Part shown: positions 49,328 through 54,455 of the stretch, in pieces
Layout: the number at the start of each line of letters is the position of its first letter
Numbering within the stretch: the first letter of the stretch is position 1
Origin: Chiloscyllium plagiosum
Taxonomy: Eukaryota
Assembly (NCBI RefSeq): GCF_004010195.1
Contig: NC_057719.1
Coordinates: 60,790,158 to 60,844,612, forward strand
DNA: 54,455 bases
Reading direction: 5' to 3'
Position numbers and translations under genes: made by a program
Notes under the pieces: model-generated
Database searches by the model: none
What the model saw: the letters and a program-made list of their open reading frames with translations, nothing else
What the model was told of the DNA's origin: nothing

Positions 49328-49685
49328 CATAGAATCGTAGAATTCCTATAGAAAGAAGCCATTTAGCTTGTCGAGTCTGCATTGACCTTCCAAAGAGCAA
49401 CCCACCCAGACTCGCATTCCATCCAATTTATGTGATTCTGTATTTACCATTGCTAATTCTCATAGCCTACAAATCTCTGGACATTACGAGGCAATTTAAC
49501 ATGGTTAATACACCTAACATGCATATCTTTGGACTATGGGAGGAAACTGGAACACCCAGAGATACCCACACAGACCCTTAGAGAATGTGCAAACTCCACA
49601 CGAACAGTGACCCAAGGCAGGACTCGAAGCTGGGTTCCTGGTATTATGAAGCAGCAGCGTTAACCACTGAGTCATCATGCTGCCT
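49328..49685 (-). mobile_element. HE1-type SINE, old
   Basis: Reverse complement of 8052-8363. Confidence 0.85.
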
Positions 49686-49910
49686 ATTTCTACTGAAAGA
49701 TGACCACAAATCGCTCAAATATCTCTTCATTATTGTAAACGTTGTTCTATTCTGTTTCAGTTAAGCAGTATTGTATCCTCTTTTAAACTATAACCCTATT
49801 TGGCGAAGAAAGCAAAATGTGCAACTGAAACTTACATGGAAACACAGCAAAACAAAACAAATTACTTGCTTGAGAAGGACTGAAAGGAAGCAAAGGAAAC
49901 CATGCTATTG

Positions 49911-50548
49911 GAGTCATGGAATCGGACTCTTCGGTCCAACCCGTCCATGCCGACCAGACATCCCAACCCAATCTAGTCCCACCTGCCAGCACCCGGCCCA
50001 TATCCCTCCAAAACGTTCCTATTCATATACCCATCCAAATGCCTCTTAAATGTTGCTATTGTACCAGCCTCCACCACATCCTCTGGCAGCTCATNNNNNN
50101 NNNNNNNNNNNNNNNNNNNNNNNNNNNNNNNNNNNNNNNNNNNNNNNNNNNNNNNNNNNNNNNNNNNNNNNNNNNNNNNNNNNNNNNNNNNNNNNNNNNN
50201 NNNNNNNNNNNNNNNNNNNNNNNNNNNNNNNNNNNNNNNNNNNNNNNNNNNNNNNNNNNNNNNNNNNNNNNNNNNNNNNNNNNNNNNNNNNNNNNNNNNN
50301 NNNNNNACTCCAAGGTCTCTTTGTTCAGCAACACTCCCTAGGACCTTACCATTAAGTGTATAAGTCCTGCTAAGATTTGCTTTCCCAAAATGCAGCACCT
50401 CGCATTTATCTCAATTAATCTTCATCTGCCACTTCTCAGCCCATTGGCCCAACTGGTCAAGATCCTGTTGTAATCTGAGGTAACCCTCTTCGCTGTCCAC
50501 TACACCTCCAATTTTGGTGTCAGCTGCAAACTTATGAACTGTACCTCT
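49911..50548 (-). mobile_element. Young CR1 3' end (N gap 50095-50306)
   Basis: LHFGKANLSRTYTLNGKVLGSVAEQRDLG, ELPEDVVEAGTIATFKRHLDGYMN. Confidence 0.92.
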
Positions 50549-50619
50549 AAAGTCAAAGAAAAAAAAACTGATGCACAGATACAGATCCTATTCAAGGAGG
50601 AGGGGAGAGAAGGAGACCA

Positions 50620-51010
50620 TTGACAACCAACCTATTCCAAGTATTAGTTGAGTCAACCTACTCTGAACTGCTTCCAATGTATTTAAATCCACCCCTAAAT
50701 AATGAGACCAATATTATATACTAGACTCCAATTTGGATTCTCAATTCTTTGAAGTATAATCTCCCAACTTTTGTACTTGATTTCCAACAAAATACAAAAT
50801 CTATTATTTTTCAAATTACATCCTGCACCTGCATTCTAACCTTTTTGGATTCTTGCATTGAGACACCCAGATCCCTCAACATCTCAGAGCACTGCAATCT
50901 ACTACCATTTAGATAATCCTTCTTTTCTACTATTGAGCTCAAAATGGAGAATTTCACATTTTCTTGCATAATACACATTCACTAGATCTTTGCTCACTAA
51001 CTTAACCTAG
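50620..51010 (-). mobile_element. Very old CR1 RT fragment
   Basis: gacacccagatccctc...aaaatggagaatttcacattttc resembles 9890-10000 and 13270-13410. Confidence 0.55.
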
Positions 51011-51189
51011 CTTTTCTTTTCATTAATTCATCTGCCATGAAAATTGTTGGTGATTACCTGTTACAACCTACCGGTCTAGGGTGCGATTATTGAAACCCTG
51101 TTATTTCCAGAACCATAAAAAATGTTAAAGTTTTTTTTAAGGCACGAAATATACAACAATTTACCTGACTTCCAGACCAAAGTTGATTG

Positions 51190-52338
51190 AAATTCTAGAA
51201 TCCATCATTAAGGATGAGGTTTCTAAATTCTTGGAAGAGCAGGGTCGGATTAGAACAAGTCAACATGGATTTAGTAAGGGGAGGTCGTACCTGACAAACC
51301 TGTTGGAGTTCTTTAAAGAGGTGATAAGTAGGTTAGACCAGGGAAACCCAGTGGATGGTATCTACCTAGACTTCCAAAAGGCCTTTGATAAGATGCCACA
51401 CGGGAGGCTGCTGAGCAAGGTGAGGGCCCATGTGTTCGAAGGTGAGCTACTGGTATGGATTGAGGATTGGCTGTCTGACAGAAGGCAGAGAGATGGGATA
51501 AAAGGTTCTTTTTCGGAAGGGCAGCCGGTGACAAGNNNNNNNNNNNNNNNNNNNNNNNNNNNNNNNNNNNNNNNNNNNNNNNNNNNNNNNNNNNNNNNNN
51601 NNNNNNNNNNNNNNNNNNNNNNNNNNNNNNNNNNNNNNNNNNNNNNNNNNNNNNNNNNNNNNNNNNNNNNNNNNNNNNNNNNNNNNNNNNNNNNNNNNNN
51701 NNNNNNNNNNNNNNNNNNNNNNNNNNNNNNNNNNNNNNNNNNNNNNNNNNNNNNNNNNNNNNNNNNNNNNNNNNNNNNNNNNNNNNNNNNNNNNNNNNNN
51801 NNNNNNNNNNNNNNNNNNNNNNNNNNNNNNNNNNNNNNNNNNNNNNNNNNNNNNNNNNNNNNNNNNNNNNNNNNNNNNNNNNNNNNNNNNNNNNNNNNNN
51901 NNNNNNNNNNNNNNNNNNNNNNNNNNNNNNNNNNNNNNNNNNNNNNNNNNNNNNNNNNNNNNNNNNNNNNNNNNNNNNNNNNNNNNNNNNNNNNNNNNNN
52001 NNNNNNNNNNNNNNNNNNNNNNNNNNNNNNNNNNNNNNNNNNNNNNNNNAGGAGATAGGACCCGTGGACACAGCCTTAGAATTAGAGGGGGTAAATTCAG
52101 AACAGAAATGCGGAGACATTTCTTCAGCCAGAGAGTGGTGGGCCTGTGGAATTCATTGCCACAGAGTGCAGTGGAGGCTGGGACGCTAAATGTCTTCAAG
52201 GCAGAAATTGATCAATTCTTGATGTCACAAGGAATTAAAGGCTATGGGGAGAATGCGGGTAAGTGGAGTTGAAATGCCCATCAGCCATGATTGAATGGCG
52301 GAGTGGACTCGATGGGTCGAATGGCCTTACTTCCGCTC
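51190..52338 (+). mobile_element. Young CR1 ORF2 3' part (N gap 51536-52049)
   Basis: SQHGFSKGRSYLTNLLEFF..YLDFQKAFDKMPH; tail tcttatggtcttatgg. Confidence 0.92.
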
Positions 52339-53419
52339 CTATGTCTTATGGTCTTATGGAAAGCACGGTCCAGATTTCTGTTCTCAAAATTATAATATAA
52401 TTAGATTATAGTAACAAGTAAACAAATAAAAACCATAAGTCCTTGGAAATCCCAGTGCCTCTTATACACATACTGTCAAACAAATAAGGAAAAAAGATGA
52501 TTGGTGGAGGTAAAAAAAACCTACAAAGTCAGTTCAGTGGTCTTTGTTTCCTGGTTCTGATGATCCATCTTTGGCTAGCTTGTCCCTTCATGTTCAGTTA
52601 TCTTTCTCTGAAGTTCCAACGAGCTTGCAAGACGTAGAGTGACTGATTCGCTTGGAAAATGTTTCTGATCCATCATTCAAAAGTCACAGATCACAGCACC
52701 TGCTGCGGCAAAGGTAACAGGTTTTCTTCAAGTTTAAACTGATTTTCTAAAACTGTAGAGTATAAGCACCTTCTGCTCAGAAAAATGATAATATACCATT
52801 CTGATTTTTTCTATCTGTGTCACTGTAATTTGTTTCCAGTTTCAATCTGCTCAGTAAGCTGAGAGCCAATCTGCTTCACTTGTAAACAACTGCCTCGCTC
52901 CTGATTATCTGGACATTGCAGGAATCCATAACCATTAAAAAATTTCACAAATATATTGAATTCCTTGCTGCAAAATTATGCAACTATCCTGGCAAATCCC
53001 TTTGTTTAAAACAGCTCTCTCTCCTTGCAGTCTATAAATTTTAATGATACAAAAAAAGACCTACCTCTATCATTAAGGTATTTGTCTATTATGCCATATT
53101 AAAAATGCATATCAGTACAAACATGGAATATACACCAAGAAAGCAAGACTTACATCCATTCGTTCTTTTGTACTGCCCATTTTGTACAAACCTACATTGT
53201 TAGATTTTCTGAAATTTTAACCTATTTTAACATTTTATATTTGAGACGATGTAATTGCTATTCAATTGTCTTTTTCATCAATATGAGTACTATTTTTACA
53301 TTAACTAATTGCAGTGAAAGGCTTCTATTCTGATTTTTATACTTCTCATTGTAAGTGAATGGATTATCATCAGCATTATTTAGCATTTTCTTGTTTCTAT
53401 GTCAAGAACAGAGTTAACA

Positions 53420-53812
53420 ATCCCAGGAGAGTGTTTCTTCTGATACTGGTTTAGTTTCTTCGAAATATACTCTGAGAGAAGTATTTTCTGTTTCCAACTC
53501 ATCATCTTGTGACAAATCACTAGCTTCAACTGCCATTTTAAAGGTCTGGAAAAATCAGAGGCATCTAAACCTGGTTCATTTGATAAGATTGCCTTCAGCT
53601 TCTCAAATGATGGTTTACATTTGCATGTTTCTTGAACAGATTTGTTAAAGGTGAGCTATTTAACTGAAATTATGCACAAATTTCTGGTACAATCAATACA
53701 TGCCTAAAAACCTCACGATTTCTCCTTTGGTTTTTGGAACAGGGAATTGTATTAGAGTTTTCACTTTTGCTGGCCTTGGTAACACTTGTCCTTGTACAAC
53801 CACATTTCCCAA
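53420..53812 (-). mobile_element. Gypsy pol remnant (RT C-terminus / RNase H)
   Basis: LGNVVVQGQVLPRPAKVKTLIQFPVPKTKGEIVRFLGM..SFEKLKAILSNEP..DFSRPFKMAVEASD..SKKLNQYQKK. Confidence 0.8.
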
Positions 53813-53813
53813 G

Positions 53814-54455
53814 TAGAGTCATAGAGTCATAGGGATGTACAGCATGGAAACAGACCCTTCGGTCCAACCCGTCCATGCCGACCAGATATCCCAACCCAAT
53901 CTAGTCCCACCTGCCAGCACCCGGCCCATATCCCTCCAAACCCTTCTTATTCATATACCCATCCAAATGCCTCTTAAATGTTGCTATTGTACCAGCCTCC
54001 ACCACATCCTCTGGCAGCTCATTCCAAACATGTACCAGTCTCTGAGTGAAAAAGTTGCCCATTAGGTCTCTTTTATATATTTCCCCTCTCACCCTAAACC
54101 TATGCCCTCTAGTTCAGGACTCCCTGGCCCCAGGGAAAAGACTTTGTCTATTTATCCTATCCATGCCCCTCATAATTTTGTAAACCTCTGTCAGGTCACC
54201 CCTTAGCCTCCGATGCTCCAGGGAAAACAGCCCCAGCCTGTTCAGCCACTCCCTGTAACTCAGATCCTCGAACTCTGGCAACATCCTTGTAAATCTTTTC
54301 TGAACCCTTTCAAGTTTCACAACATCTTTCCGATAGGAAGACCAGAATTGCACGCAATATTCCAACAGTGGCCTAACCAATGTCCTGTACAGCCGCAACA
54401 TGACCTCCCAACTCCTGTACTCAATACTCTGACCAATAAAGGAAAGCATACCAAA
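53814..54455 (-). mobile_element. Young CR1 3' end, runs off the window
   Basis: LRLYRTLVRPLLEYCVQFWS..LERVQKRFTRMLP; tail tagagtcatagagtcatag. Confidence 0.95.

Overview
Eukaryotic, repeat-dense, apparently intergenic or intronic DNA from a cartilaginous fish (shark-like; inferred from HE1-type V-SINEs and the CR1 repertoire). I find no intact host protein-coding gene; almost every ORF in the track is a fragment or antisense shadow of a decayed retroelement. Contents: many CR1 LINE fragments, a second CR1-clade LINE with a tRNA-like 5' head plus its internally deleted SINE, L2 and RTE remnants, Gypsy pol remnants and solo LTRs, tRNA-derived SINEs, and several families of Penelope-like elements (PLEs). 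The most notable signal is about 15 minimal hammerhead-ribozyme motifs (CTGANGA-stem II-GAAA-palindromic tetramer-UH) in PLE termini, with stem covariation. Six PLE insertions share a fold-back (inverted terminus) architecture flanked by 9-19 bp target-site duplications. PLE hammerheads are known in general; whether these shark families and mini-elements are described needs a database check. Four N-runs all lie inside young repeats. Repeat boundaries were read by eye and are approximate unless a TSD is quoted.
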